A stretch of 64,000 nt of DNA from an uncultured Alphaproteobacteria bacterium (GCA_963700945.1 CAVOZQ010000040.1:239112-303111), one strand, 5' to 3'; shown: positions 46,022 to 56,267, numbered from the stretch's first letter. Made by a program: numbers and translations. Notes: generated by a model not told the origin, from the sequence alone.

Positions 46022-46625
46022 GTGGTTACCCACATGAGCTGTGGCATCGCTACATGTCTGAATCGGGCAATTGACACGGCGGGACTTTCACCCGCTGGAT
46101 TGCAGCCTTGTCGGCCGCTACATCAGACCCCGGTGGTGACCTGCACACTTGCCAAAGCGCGTCCAGGTTTGCTGTCTTCCGCTGCTTGCAAAGCGTCGAC
46201 TTTCATCCCGAATTGTCGGGACTTATCCCATAGGACCACAATTATACATTTATCGGGGCTCCATACAGAGCCTGCAATCACCACCGCAAATTATTCTCTT
46301 GCCAAAGCAGATCGATACCCACACGATCCTGGGCCTTCGCGACTACGCCGTTTATGCACTGATGTATCAGCGCGGCTTGCGGGCCGGTGAAGTCCATAGC
46401 CTCAATCTGGAAAATATCGATCTTAAGAAAAATAAGATCAGCGTCATCGGAAAAGGAAATAAGCCACAATCTTTGCACATAAACAGCGAGTTATGTGATA
46501 TCCTTTGCCAATACCTGGCCGTGCGCGATCAGTTTTATAACAGCTGGCTGACTCCGGCACTGTTTGTCTCTAAAAAAGGAAATCGTCTGGCAATCCGCAC
46601 CATGGCGAATGCCGGAATCCAGTAA
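46022..46625 (+). pseudogene. tyrosine recombinase (XerC/D-like integrase) remnant: frame-broken and truncated before the HxxR..Y catalytic end
   Basis: LGLRDYAVYALMYQRGLRAGEVHSLNLENIDL..ISVIGKGNK..ALFVSKKGNRL is the first half of the catalytic domain. An N-terminal SAM-like trace (AGLSPAG) is in another frame. The ORF ends at 46625. Confidence 0.65.
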
Positions 46626-46789
46626 TCGCAATGCTTTTTCTGGATTCCGGCTCTCCGCTCCGCTGCGGCCGGAATAACGAGTTGATTTGCTGGATTAATA
46701 TTTCACTTGTTCGTTGTATCTAAGCACAAAAAATAAAATAGAAAGAATTCGTTATTCGCCAATCGTCATTATTCATTCCAGAGGGTCTT

Positions 46790-47338
46790 ATGGCTAAAAT
46801 TTATCTGGTGCGCCACGGCAAAGCCACTGCAGGCTGGGGCATGGAAAAGGATCCGGGACTCGATGATCTGGGTCGTGCCCAGGCCAAGGCCGCAGCCTTG
46901 GTATTGGCCCCGTTGGGCCCGCTGCCCATTATCACAAGCCCACTTACCAGAACGCGGGAGACATCCAGCCCTTTGGCCAAAATCTGGGATATCGAACCCC
47001 AAATTGAAAAACGGGTGGGCGAAATCCGCTTCCCCTCCGGAAATCAATCAGACAGGGTCCAATGGCTGCATAGCATCATGGGCGACAAATGGTCGAATCT
47101 CGATCCCGCCCTTAAAGTCTGGCGCCGGCAAGTTATCGCAGCACTCTGTTCCTGCCAGGCGGACTGTGTGGTGTTCAGCCATTTCATCGCGATAAATGCG
47201 GCGGTCGGCCATGCCACCGGAGACGACCGCGTGGTCTCCTTCAGACCCGATAACTGTTCTATTACCATTATGGAAACAAATGGAAACAGCTTATTTCTCA
47301 TAGAGCGAGGCGTGGAGGCGGTTACCGAAGTTCGCTGA
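46790..47338 (+). CDS. histidine phosphatase family protein (SixA/PGM-like)
   Basis: IYLVRHGKA (RHG motif), SPLTRTRET and VVFSHF. Confidence 0.8.
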   Translation: MAKIYLVRHGKATAGWGMEKDPGLDDLGRAQAKAAALVLAPLGPLPIITSPLTRTRETSSPLAKIWDIEPQIEKRVGEIRFPSGNQSDRVQWLHSIMGDKWSNLDPALKVWRRQVIAALCSCQADCVVFSHFIAINAAVGHATGDDRVVSFRPDNCSITIMETNGNSLFLIERGVEAVTEVR

Positions 47339-47427
47339 TTGTAAAAGTCGCATTTGAAGGAACTGAATAATGGGATGGAAAAATTGAAATTATTGAAGTA
47401 GACGTACCCGCTGCGGGCCTTCCATAA

Positions 47428-47541
47428 CTCCATTCATAAGCCACCGGCTTTGCCGATGAGAATTGAAAAGGTTCTACCGTTACCGCGAGGACATGCTTCA
47501 TGGGTACAAACTTGAGCGATGCCGGCGGCCTATGAATGGGG
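47428..47541 (-). mobile_element. 114-bp MITE-like element, second copy (inverted relative to 44944-45057)
   Basis: The reverse complement of 44944-45057 aligns along the whole length with a handful of substitutions. Confidence 0.7.
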
Positions 47542-47871
47542 GTAAAAAAGAATTTTTGCCTATTTGCTGCGAGTTGTTGGTATACGCCGGCACAACAACC
47601 ACCACTAAATTTGGCTGAATCGAACAAAATATTCGCCAATTATGAATCGATCAAGACACGATCTCTTTATTGCGAGCTGTCTGTTTTTTTTTAACCCGGA
47701 GCGACTGCCGCCCCTGCCATTATGATCCCGCTGATCCCGGGACCATTGACCCCACGCTCTGACTTTGTGGCCTGAGGAGGAAGGTTCGGCACCTGCCCCC
47801 TCAAGCCCAAGGCTGATTCTTGACTTACCCTGCAAACTTCCCGTCGGAAAAATTTATGATACACATGAAAT

Positions 47872-48768
47872 TCAAATTTTTAATTTCTGCGGGCCCAAAG
47901 GCTTCCCTTGCCACCAGTCTGGGTCATGGGGAGGCACAAGTTGCGCTCCCAAAACCGTCATCGCATTGAGATGGTAAATATTGACCATTGCAGCTGGAAT
48001 GTCGAATGCCAGGCCGGGAGGGATGTTGGCAAACATGTTTTCAAGGGTATAGCAGGCATCCTGAGCCAAAATAAGATTCTGGCCGTTGTTGGTTCTGACT
48101 AAAACGGATTGATGGCCCGGGGTGTGACCTGGCGTGGGTAGAACAAGGACGCTCTGGTCTCCAAACACATCGAAAATCCCATCAAGAGTTTGCACGTTGC
48201 ATTGGTCTATCTTCTTAAAATCGTCGGGTATATAGGCAATTTCCTTGCGCGAAGCTACCTGTTCCTGAATATGCTCAAGTTCCCGTTTCTGGAAATAAAC
48301 CGGAACATCGGTTCCTGCCAAATCTTCTATAGCTCCGCAATGATCCAGGTGTCCGTGACTCATGATGACGGCATGCAAATCTTCGGGTTTGAGACCCACT
48401 TTCTTTATCTGGATTCTAAACTCTTCATATGGTTGCATGACCGGCATATAGGCACCGCAGACAGCTTCGCCCCAGTATTTAATGGGATCGACTGCAACGG
48501 CAGCATTATTGCCGCTGTCATAGGCCACCCATGATGATCCGTGCCGAATAACGAAAAACGGCACCGGAATATCAAACGGTACCCCCACACGAGTATCTTT
48601 CAAAATATATTGGGTCTGGGTTTTTAATATTCCGCAATGAAAAGCATAAACGTCAACACCCGTCGTGGCTTCCATCGCATAGGTGTTTAGCACTCTAAGC
48701 TGAGAAAGACCTAAAGCAGCGGCGGCTGTACTCCCCAATTTAAATAAATCTCTTCTCGACAGATCCAT
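47872..48768 (-). CDS. MBL-fold metallo-hydrolase with twin-arginine signal (lactonase-like)
   Basis: MDLSRRDLFKLGSTAAAALG Tat-type leader, SHGHLDHCG motif and TPGHTPGH. Confidence 0.8.
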   Translation of the reverse strand: MDLSRRDLFKLGSTAAAALGLSQLRVLNTYAMEATTGVDVYAFHCGILKTQTQYILKDTRVGVPFDIPVPFFVIRHGSSWVAYDSGNNAAVAVDPIKYWGEAVCGAYMPVMQPYEEFRIQIKKVGLKPEDLHAVIMSHGHLDHCGAIEDLAGTDVPVYFQKRELEHIQEQVASRKEIAYIPDDFKKIDQCNVQTLDGIFDVFGDQSVLVLPTPGHTPGHQSVLVRTNNGQNLILAQDACYTLENMFANIPPGLAFDIPAAMVNIYHLNAMTVLGAQLVPPHDPDWWQGKPLGPQKLKI

Positions 48769-48908
48769 ATGACACCTCCGTTTATTTTAAATAATTAGGG
48801 ACAAAGACACTTCACAAAATTGGCCACAAATTCACCTCCTTTCAGTACTTCACCCAGATGGTGACGTACAGATTCAACCCCACTCTCTTTTTTACTTCTG
48901 CGTGAACC

Positions 48909-50066
48909 CTAAAGCACGCTTCGATAGATCGCCTCCGCGTCTTTCTGGGTTAGCTCGCGCGGATTGTTGGCCAGCAGCCGTGTCACCTTCATCACGCCTG
49001 CGGCGAGTTCGGGAATATCTTTATCCTTGATGCCGAATTCACTCAAATGATCGGGAATCTTAAGATCGGTCGCCAAAGTGCGCATGGCTTCCACGGCTGC
49101 ATGCGCAGCTTCGCGGGCGGAAAGTCCGGCTGTGTTCTCTCCGAGGTAGCCGGCAATCTCGGCAAATCTTTCCAGGTTGCCAAGTTTGTTGAATTCCATG
49201 ACCGGTACCAGCATGATGCTGTTGGCCACTCCGTGAGGAATGTGAAACTCGGCACCGATCGGATACGCAAAAGCGTGCACCGCTGTTACGCCGGCATTAC
49301 AAAAAGCCATCCCGGCCAGCAGGCTGCCTTCCAGCATATTGCTGCGCGCATCCAGATTGCTGCCGTCGGCGTATGCGGTTCGAAGGTTTTTAACGATTAA
49401 CTGCATGGCTTGGCGGGCGAGCATATCGGTGATGGCGGTGGCATTTTTTGATGTGAATGACTCTATAGCGTGAATCAAGGCATCCATTCCGGTGGCGGCG
49501 GTCACATGGCCCGGCAACCCAATGGTCAGCTCCGGATCTAGCAGAGCGACTGAGGGGAATAAATGTGGACTGACAATGCCTTTTTTGAGTTTTTCGGTGT
49601 GGTCTGAAAGAATTGCAATCGGCGTGACTTCGCTGCCGGTTCCCGCTGTGGTCGGAATTATGAGGGTCGACAAGCCGGCATTGGGGATAAGATCGATGCC
49701 GAAATATTCTGATATCGGGCCTTCATTGGTAGCCATGACGGCTGACACTTTAGCGATATCAATGGGGCTGCCGCCGCCGAAGCCGATAATAATATCGGCA
49801 TTTTCACGGCGGATCATTTCCACACAATCCGCCACAATTTCATACCGCGGATCGGCCTCAACATCTCCGAAAACGGCATACTTGATATCGGCTTTTTCTA
49901 AAACTGCCTGGGCCTTTTTAACCAGGCCGGCTTCAATCAAACCCTGATCCGTCACAATCAACACCTTGTTCGCTTTCAGGGCCCTGACTTCATCGGCCAA
50001 TTGATTCAATGCTCCCGGGCCCATGACAATTCTTGGAATCGTCCTGAATAATGTGATGCGATTCAT
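48909..50066 (-). CDS. iron-containing alcohol dehydrogenase
   Basis: GFGGGSPIDIAK, IPTTAGTGSE, and His-rich HAIESF..HAFAYP..HG metal site. Confidence 0.9.
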   Translation of the reverse strand: MNRITLFRTIPRIVMGPGALNQLADEVRALKANKVLIVTDQGLIEAGLVKKAQAVLEKADIKYAVFGDVEADPRYEIVADCVEMIRRENADIIIGFGGGSPIDIAKVSAVMATNEGPISEYFGIDLIPNAGLSTLIIPTTAGTGSEVTPIAILSDHTEKLKKGIVSPHLFPSVALLDPELTIGLPGHVTAATGMDALIHAIESFTSKNATAITDMLARQAMQLIVKNLRTAYADGSNLDARSNMLEGSLLAGMAFCNAGVTAVHAFAYPIGAEFHIPHGVANSIMLVPVMEFNKLGNLERFAEIAGYLGENTAGLSAREAAHAAVEAMRTLATDLKIPDHLSEFGIKDKDIPELAAGVMKVTRLLANNPRELTQKDAEAIYRSVL

Positions 50067-50110
50067 TTTTCCCCCTAACCTCTGTTTTTACTTTTTAAAA
50101 GATAGAATTT

Positions 50111-50758
50111 CTATTTCTCCTTGACGGACCCACGCTCAATTACGTAAAGACGGTCAAGCAATTCCGATGAGTGGACATGATCCGATTCCGACAGCAGAAC
50201 AGATGGGCCGTGCTCTTTGAGGTCGGCAACGACCTCTGCCAGCCGCTGTGCCAGCGCAGGCGCAACCCCCTCGAAGGGTTCGTCCAGCAACAGGAGTTTG
50301 GTTCCACAAAACAGGGCTCGGGCCAGGGCGACCAGTTTTTGCTGTCCGCCGCTTAAATCCATGGCCTTTCTGTTGGAAAATTCCGTAACTTCAGGGATCA
50401 TTTCATATACCCACGGGAGCCGCTTGGGCAATTTATTGTTTTTCGTCGCCCAGAAAGACAGCAGGATGTTCTCCTCCACCGTCAGGGTGGGAACGAGCTT
50501 GCGATCCTCCGGCATGTACCCGATTCCCACGTGAGCCCGTTTATGTGCAGTTAACTGCGTGAGGGATTGGTCCTGGAAGCGAATCTCCCCCTCGTTGATG
50601 GGCAAAAAGCCCATCACGGTGCGCATGAGCGTGGTTTTGCCGGCTCCGTTCCTGCCAATCAGACCGACAATGCTGCCGTTCGGCACATGCAAGGCGACAT
50701 GTTGCAGTATCTTGGTTCGCTTGATCGAGACGCTTACGTCACTTAGCTCCAGCATCAA
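50111..50758 (-). CDS. branched-chain-amino-acid-type ABC transporter ATP-binding protein (LivF-like)
   Basis: GRNGAGKTT, LSGGQQKLVALARAL and LLLDEPFEG. Confidence 0.85.
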   Translation of the reverse strand: MMLELSDVSVSIKRTKILQHVALHVPNGSIVGLIGRNGAGKTTLMRTVMGFLPINEGEIRFQDQSLTQLTAHKRAHVGIGYMPEDRKLVPTLTVEENILLSFWATKNNKLPKRLPWVYEMIPEVTEFSNRKAMDLSGGQQKLVALARALFCGTKLLLLDEPFEGVAPALAQRLAEVVADLKEHGPSVLLSESDHVHSSELLDRLYVIERGSVKEK

Positions 50759-51534
50759 TTCTCTCCTTGGGGCGCATGGGTACGATGAATTTCTTTGCCC
50801 ACGACGTATTCACGCACCTGGGGATCGGCTAACGCTTGCCGGCTATCGGCATCGGCGATTACCATACCGTTGTAAAAGGCCAAAACGCGATTGGCATAGC
50901 GCTCCACCAGTTCCATGTCATGTTCGATGAACATGACGGTGACTTTCTGCTGAGCAAAAGCATCCATCACGATATCCATCACCTCGAACTTTTCTTCGGC
51001 GCTGACTCCGCTGGTCGGCTCGTCCAACATCACCAGTTGGGGGTCGCCGACGGTGGCCATGGCGATGTCGAGAATCTTGCGCACGCCTTGCGGCAACATG
51101 CTCACCTCTTGATGGGCACTGTCGGCGATCCCGAAATGCTCCAGGCGCTCCATGGCGCTTTCCATGGTATCAGACCGTTGAAGCGGCAGCCAAAAGCTCC
51201 GGGCCACTTTGGGAGCCACTGATTGGGCCGTCAACATGTTATCGAGCGCTGTCATTTCGTCAAAGAGCTGGGGGATCTGGAAGGATCGCCGAATGCCCAG
51301 ATCGGTTATTTCCCGCGGAGTCAGTTTCGTCACGTCGTTTCCCATGTAATGGATGGTGCCGGATGAGGGCATGAGGTAGCCCGTCACCAGATTGACAAAA
51401 GTGGTTTTCCCGGCCCCGTTGGCACCGATGACACCGATCACTTCGCCTTTGTTGACGGTGACGGAAATTTCCGAGGCACCCACAACTCCGCCGAACTGAA
51501 TGCTAAGATTTTTTGTCTCCAGGATGGCTGTCAT
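50755..51534 (-). CDS. branched-chain-amino-acid-type ABC transporter ATP-binding protein (LivG-like)
   Basis: GANGAGKTT, Walker B MLDEPTSG; 4-nt overlap with the downstream ATPase gene. Confidence 0.85.
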   Translation of the reverse strand: MTAILETKNLSIQFGGVVGASEISVTVNKGEVIGVIGANGAGKTTFVNLVTGYLMPSSGTIHYMGNDVTKLTPREITDLGIRRSFQIPQLFDEMTALDNMLTAQSVAPKVARSFWLPLQRSDTMESAMERLEHFGIADSAHQEVSMLPQGVRKILDIAMATVGDPQLVMLDEPTSGVSAEEKFEVMDIVMDAFAQQKVTVMFIEHDMELVERYANRVLAFYNGMVIADADSRQALADPQVREYVVGKEIHRTHAPQGEN

Positions 51535-51535
51535 T

Positions 51536-52480
51536 TTAATTCTCCCTTCGGCGCCTGATGCCTATCGACCATATACCGCCGGGCAGGAACAGGATGACCA
51601 TCAGCATTGTAGCGCCAAGGATCATCTGCCAGGTGTAAGGTGCGTACTCAAAAGCGTATGTTCTCAAAAGCTCCAGCAGAAAAGTCCCCACCAGCGGGGC
51701 CATCACGTTGGCCGTACCGCTAAGCAGCACCACGAAGACAAATTCCCCGGAAGTCGTCCAGTAGGCTAGATCGGGATCAACGTGGCCCACGGATATCGCC
51801 GTGAGTACGCCGCCGATTCCTGAAATAGCAGCCGCAACCACATAAACCTTGTGGATCAGGCTGCGTACGGAAGCACCCAGGTATTCCACGCGGAGTTCAT
51901 TTTGCCTGATAGCGTCGCCCATGTAACCATAGGTGGAGCTGAGATAGCGGTGCAACACTACAGCCACCAGATAAACGATCACACTAGTTAGGACAAATAT
52001 GGTAATCTTAAGGGTTTCACCTTCAGGAGCGAATCCGAGGAAAGTGGAATTAGGCACGTTGAAGCCGTCGGTGCTGCCCAGAATTTCGGCTTTGACGAGA
52101 AGGCCATAGAGAATCATCGAAAGGGCCAGACTGAAATTGGCGTAGAAAATCCCCCGGTAGCGAACTAACAAAAAGCCGAGAACCACAGACAGCAGTGCGC
52201 AGACGGTCGTGCCGGCCAATAGCAGCAGGAAAACGTCCGTTATTCCCCAAAAATACCCGGCCATGCCGGCAACATAAGCACCTAAACAATAAAAAAGTCC
52301 CTGACCGAAAGAAACTAAACCCGCCCGCATCTGCAGCATCACGCCCAGCACCACTAAAAAGGTGGCCAGCGACAGTTGAACCAGGAATCGCAGCCAGTCT
52401 GTGGCGACAAACCCGAAAATCAAAACTAAAATCAACCCGATGCTCAAAGTGCGCAAGGTATTGTCTTTTGAGGTATTCAT
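51536..52480 (-). CDS. ABC transporter permease (LivM-like)
   Basis: 314-aa polytopic ORF within the Liv-type operon. Confidence 0.8.
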   Translation of the reverse strand: MNTSKDNTLRTLSIGLILVLIFGFVATDWLRFLVQLSLATFLVVLGVMLQMRAGLVSFGQGLFYCLGAYVAGMAGYFWGITDVFLLLLAGTTVCALLSVVLGFLLVRYRGIFYANFSLALSMILYGLLVKAEILGSTDGFNVPNSTFLGFAPEGETLKITIFVLTSVIVYLVAVVLHRYLSSTYGYMGDAIRQNELRVEYLGASVRSLIHKVYVVAAAISGIGGVLTAISVGHVDPDLAYWTTSGEFVFVVLLSGTANVMAPLVGTFLLELLRTYAFEYAPYTWQMILGATMLMVILFLPGGIWSIGIRRRREN

Positions 52481-53376
52481 ATCTTGCGCACCTCCGGCCC
52501 GGCGAAAAGCCCGTGTGGTTTGAAGGCCAGAACCAGGGCCATGACACCATAGATCACGAAAAGTTCAACCTCGGGTAAAATGTGCACCGCAGCCGCCCGC
52601 ACAATGCCGACAATGGCCGATCCGATCATCGCCCCCTCGATGCTGCCCAGGCCGCCGATCACAACCACAGCAAAAGCCAGAACAATGACTTCTACACCAA
52701 GGCCGGGTACCACGGACACCTTCGGCGCGGTGACAGCCCCGCCCAGGGCGCCGAAAGCGGCTCCGATAACGAAGGTTACCGTGAAGAACAACTTCACATT
52801 GATACCCAATGCCATACTCATTTCACGGTCATGGATGACGGCGATAAGAAGCTTGCCGACCCGGGTCTTATTGAGTCCCCACCACACGAACACCGCGCAG
52901 CACAGGGAAATAGCTATAAGCAGAAAATCGTAAACCGGATAGATTAGATCTAAAATCTCGACTGTACCCAAAAGTCCATAGGGCTGATAGGCAAAGTAAG
53001 GATCGACGCCCCAGATGAGTTTGGCCGCATCTTCCAAAATCAGGAAAATCGAGTACGTAACCAACAACATGACCACCTCGTCCCGGCCATACATGAACCG
53101 CAAAACGCCTCGCTCAATGAGCAGCCCTGCGATCAGTCCGACGGCAATTGCCGCCAGCGGCAACATCGCATAGCCCAACATAGGCGGGAAGCTTCCCGTC
53201 GCGTAATAAAAGCCGATCAGGGATACCGACACATAGGCACCTAACGCATAAAGGCTTCCGTGGGCAATGTTCAATATTTTCATAACCCCATAGATGAGGG
53301 TCATGCCCAGCCCCATCAAAAACACCCAGGCAGCATAAATGCTTCCGTCTATCAATATAGCCAGCAGCTTAGTCAA
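52477..53376 (-). CDS. ABC transporter permease (LivH-like)
   Basis: 299-aa polytopic ORF with N-terminus TKLLAILIDGSIYAAWVFLMGLGMTLIYG. TTG start after GAGGAA. Confidence 0.8.
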   Translation of the reverse strand: MTKLLAILIDGSIYAAWVFLMGLGMTLIYGVMKILNIAHGSLYALGAYVSVSLIGFYYATGSFPPMLGYAMLPLAAIAVGLIAGLLIERGVLRFMYGRDEVVMLLVTYSIFLILEDAAKLIWGVDPYFAYQPYGLLGTVEILDLIYPVYDFLLIAISLCCAVFVWWGLNKTRVGKLLIAVIHDREMSMALGINVKLFFTVTFVIGAAFGALGGAVTAPKVSVVPGLGVEVIVLAFAVVVIGGLGSIEGAMIGSAIVGIVRAAAVHILPEVELFVIYGVMALVLAFKPHGLFAGPEVRKI

Positions 53377-53395
53377 TGCCGTTCCTCATATTTTC

Positions 53396-53467
53396 GCAAC
53401 CAAGACACCAAGACACGAAGTTGAATTATAATAAACTTTATTGTTTGTGTCTTGGTGCCTTTTTGGC
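53396..53467. repeat. Pair of facing REP-like units (GCAACCAAGACACCAAGACACGAAG .. GTTTGTGTCTTGGTGCCTTTTTGGC)
   Basis: Same word family as 6185-6214. Lies between the substrate-binding gene and the LivH-like gene. Confidence 0.55.
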
Positions 53468-53496
53468 TATTCTTTCCGGTTCATCCGGGTTGGGTT

Positions 53497-54828
53497 TTAG
53501 TCACATTGGGCACCCTTGAAACCGGATTGGATCCAGTCAAGGCTCTTTACTCCCTCAGGCGGGTTGACGCATTCGGCTTTGTAACGCTTCACGTCGGTTA
53601 TTGTGGCCTGGCCGGTGGATTTATCATACTTGTAACGACCGTAGGCCGTATCTAAGATCGCCTGATGGCCGTTGGCCAGGGCCATCCTGACCGTGCCGGC
53701 GGGCCCTTCAAACACCAGATTTTCCAGCGCCGCAACCACCTCCTCTGTTGTAGGCAGTTTGTCGCCCTTGGCCGCTTTTTCGTAGGCCGTCTTCATCCCC
53801 AACAAGGCCTGGGCCGCTTTGTAGGCAGGATAAGTAGGCCAGGTATTATAACGGTCGTAGTATTGTTTTCTAAACCAACTGTTTAATTCGGAATCAGGTG
53901 CAAAATTGCCGAAGGGGCCGCGCCCGCCGATCACCGTTCCGTCCGGCAACTGGGTGCCGAGCCGGTGCATGGCCGTCTCACCGCAGGTCAGAACCACCTC
54001 GCTTTTTTTAAAGACCCCGCGGACCGAACCCTGAAGCGTGAAGGCCTCCATATCGCCGCCCCAAAAACTTGTGTGGACCACGTCAGGCGATTCGGAAAGA
54101 AGCGCGGATATTTCGGCCCCATACTGGCCGGCGCCGATTTTCGGAAACTGCTCGGTGACAACTTTGACGCCTGGTTTGAGCTGTTTCATCGATTCAGCGA
54201 AGTCGCGCCAGGAATCCTGCCCCCAGGCATAATTCTGATTGATCCCGGCGATGCTTTTGAGATCGGGGTTACTGTCCGCCACATAGAGGGCCGCCGCCAC
54301 GTTATCCATGGTCGCGGTGCCGCCGGTACGAAAGAGGTATTTGGGCGCGGTAACGACATCTTCGAAGATCTGCGGGGTGCCGCAGTCGAAGAAGATGGTC
54401 AGCTTGCCCAGTTCTTCGGCCACCGGGGCGATCGCCTTGCAATGGCCGCTGGAGATATAGCCGATCACCACATCCACCTCCTGCTTCTGGATGAGCTTGC
54501 GATACTCGGTGACCTGCTTTTGGGCATTGCCGGCTTCGTCGATGAGGACGGTTTCCAACTGGGCTCCGGCAACACCTTTGGTGTTGTAGGGAGCCGGAAC
54601 GTTGCCGGCGTTGATGGCCTCGATCATGAATTCCGCTCCGTTGCGGGCGGGGATGCCGAATGGTCCCGCAGCGCCTCCGGAAAGGAAGGTGACCAGACCG
54701 ATCTTGATCGTGGGCGCGTCTGCGGCCATAGCCGGTGCTGTCCCCAATGCCAGAACTGCGATAAGACCAAGAATGATTCCGGTCTGCTTGAATACCCGAT
54801 TGCTTCGTTTGTACCTAATCTTTGTCAT
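53497..54828 (-). CDS. ABC transporter substrate-binding protein (Leu/Ile/Val- or amide/urea-binding family)
   Basis: Signal peptide ..GIILGLIAVLALGTAPAMA. ATG at 54828 follows GAAGGAGG; the ORF is open to 54885. Confidence 0.8.
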   Translation of the reverse strand: MTKIRYKRSNRVFKQTGIILGLIAVLALGTAPAMAADAPTIKIGLVTFLSGGAAGPFGIPARNGAEFMIEAINAGNVPAPYNTKGVAGAQLETVLIDEAGNAQKQVTEYRKLIQKQEVDVVIGYISSGHCKAIAPVAEELGKLTIFFDCGTPQIFEDVVTAPKYLFRTGGTATMDNVAAALYVADSNPDLKSIAGINQNYAWGQDSWRDFAESMKQLKPGVKVVTEQFPKIGAGQYGAEISALLSESPDVVHTSFWGGDMEAFTLQGSVRGVFKKSEVVLTCGETAMHRLGTQLPDGTVIGGRGPFGNFAPDSELNSWFRKQYYDRYNTWPTYPAYKAAQALLGMKTAYEKAAKGDKLPTTEEVVAALENLVFEGPAGTVRMALANGHQAILDTAYGRYKYDKSTGQATITDVKRYKAECVNPPEGVKSLDWIQSGFKGAQCD

Positions 54829-55167
54829 TTGACGTTCCTCCTTCTGGGTTAAGATTTGATTCACCTCACTTAAAAGACCATCCATATCGCCGATACTGTC
54901 GTTTCCAGATAAAATATAAGAAGAAGGTCTGAAGTTAAATCATTTTGCCCCTTCCTATCGCTCAAAATGTCTATAGCTTTCATGGACAACAACTTTCGGC
55001 AACTGATGCAACAACCCGGCACCTTAGCATAATCGTGGATGATAAGTAAATCGTTTTTTCCTATCCTCTGTTTTCAATTTTTAGAAAAAAAGATTCTTGT
55101 GGAGCATTCTTACCATATTGAAATAAAACAACAAATGATTATTTTACTTTTCAATGCCGCAAAATAT

Positions 55168-55199
55168 CAGCCACTAAGCCACACGAAGGCACAAAAAAA
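55168..55199. repeat. REP-like unit CAGCCACTAAGCCACACGAAGGCACAAAAAAA abutting the RBS of the radical-SAM gene
   Basis: Same word family as 6185-6214. Followed by GGAG and the ATG at 55209. Confidence 0.6.
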
Positions 55200-55208
55200 G
55201 GAGACGCG

Positions 55209-56267
55209 ATGTCCGCACAACCGGCACAAAAATACGATTTTGAAGTCGGCGTTTACCGCCCCCCCAGTGAAGGGGGCAGCGCCTCATTACTGTTGCGCCT
55301 AACCCGCAACTGTCCCTGGAATCGGTGCGAGTTTTGCTCAATGTACAAAACGGAAAAATTTGAATTAAGATCGCCTGCTGAAGTCAAAAGTGATATCGAT
55401 CAGGTTGCCGATATCTGCAATAATCTTAAGAATATTTCCTGGAAACTCGGATATGGCGGTGACGTTACCCGGGAGGCGGCGATCGAACTGTTGAATTCTG
55501 CGCCGGAGCTGAATTACCATCAGGGCTTTGTTATGGTTTATAACTGGCTTCAATCCGGTGCAGGGACCGCTTTTTTGCAGGATGCCAACAGCCTGATCAT
55601 GAAAACCGATCAACTGGTGGACATTTTACAGCATTTACGAAAAACCTTTCCCACCTTAAACCGCGTGACCTCCTATGCCAGATCCAAAACGATTGCTCAA
55701 AAAAAGCCGGACGAGCTAAAGGCCATCCGCGAGGCGGGTTTGGACAGAGTGCACATCGGACTGGAAACCGGGGATGACGAATTGCTGAAAGAAATAAAAA
55801 AAGGCGTCAACAGCGAAGGACATATCAAGGGCGGCAAAAAGGCCATGGAAGCCGGATTCCAGGTATCCGAATACTGGATGCCGGGTTTGGGCGGCAAGGC
55901 CAAGTGGCAGGACCACGCCAGAAACACCGCCCGGGTGTTAAATGAAATTGATCCGCACTACATTCGCTCGCGACCGTTTTTCCCGGCAGCGGGCACCCCC
56001 CTTTATGAAAAGTATCAAAACGGCCAATTCACCATGTTGTCGCCGGAAGAACAGCTGCGCGAGTTAAAGCTGATGATGGCAGAACTGAACGTGACATCAA
56101 AGGTCTGCTTTGATCATGCCGGCAATTACTGGCGCAATAGAAACGGCGGGCTGTTGTTCAGCCAGGGTTATGAAGGATATAAATTCCCGCAAGAAAAGTC
56201 GCGGGTTTTACAGTTGATTGAAGAAGGCTTGACGGTTCGTCAGGAAGCGATTTTTTTGCGTTTATAA
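55209..56267 (+). CDS. radical SAM protein with CX4CX2C cluster motif
   Basis: RNCPWNRCEFCSMY (Cys codons at 55311, 55326 and 55335). GLDRVHIGLETGDDELL is a TIM-barrel-type motif. Confidence 0.8.
   Translation: MSAQPAQKYDFEVGVYRPPSEGGSASLLLRLTRNCPWNRCEFCSMYKTEKFELRSPAEVKSDIDQVADICNNLKNISWKLGYGGDVTREAAIELLNSAPELNYHQGFVMVYNWLQSGAGTAFLQDANSLIMKTDQLVDILQHLRKTFPTLNRVTSYARSKTIAQKKPDELKAIREAGLDRVHIGLETGDDELLKEIKKGVNSEGHIKGGKKAMEAGFQVSEYWMPGLGGKAKWQDHARNTARVLNEIDPHYIRSRPFFPAAGTPLYEKYQNGQFTMLSPEEQLRELKLMMAELNVTSKVCFDHAGNYWRNRNGGLLFSQGYEGYKFPQEKSRVLQLIEEGLTVRQEAIFLRL

Noticed and set aside
53965-54852. 295-aa + strand ORF
   Set aside because: It is antisense to the substrate-binding protein gene, which has a signal peptide, a strong RBS and operon context.
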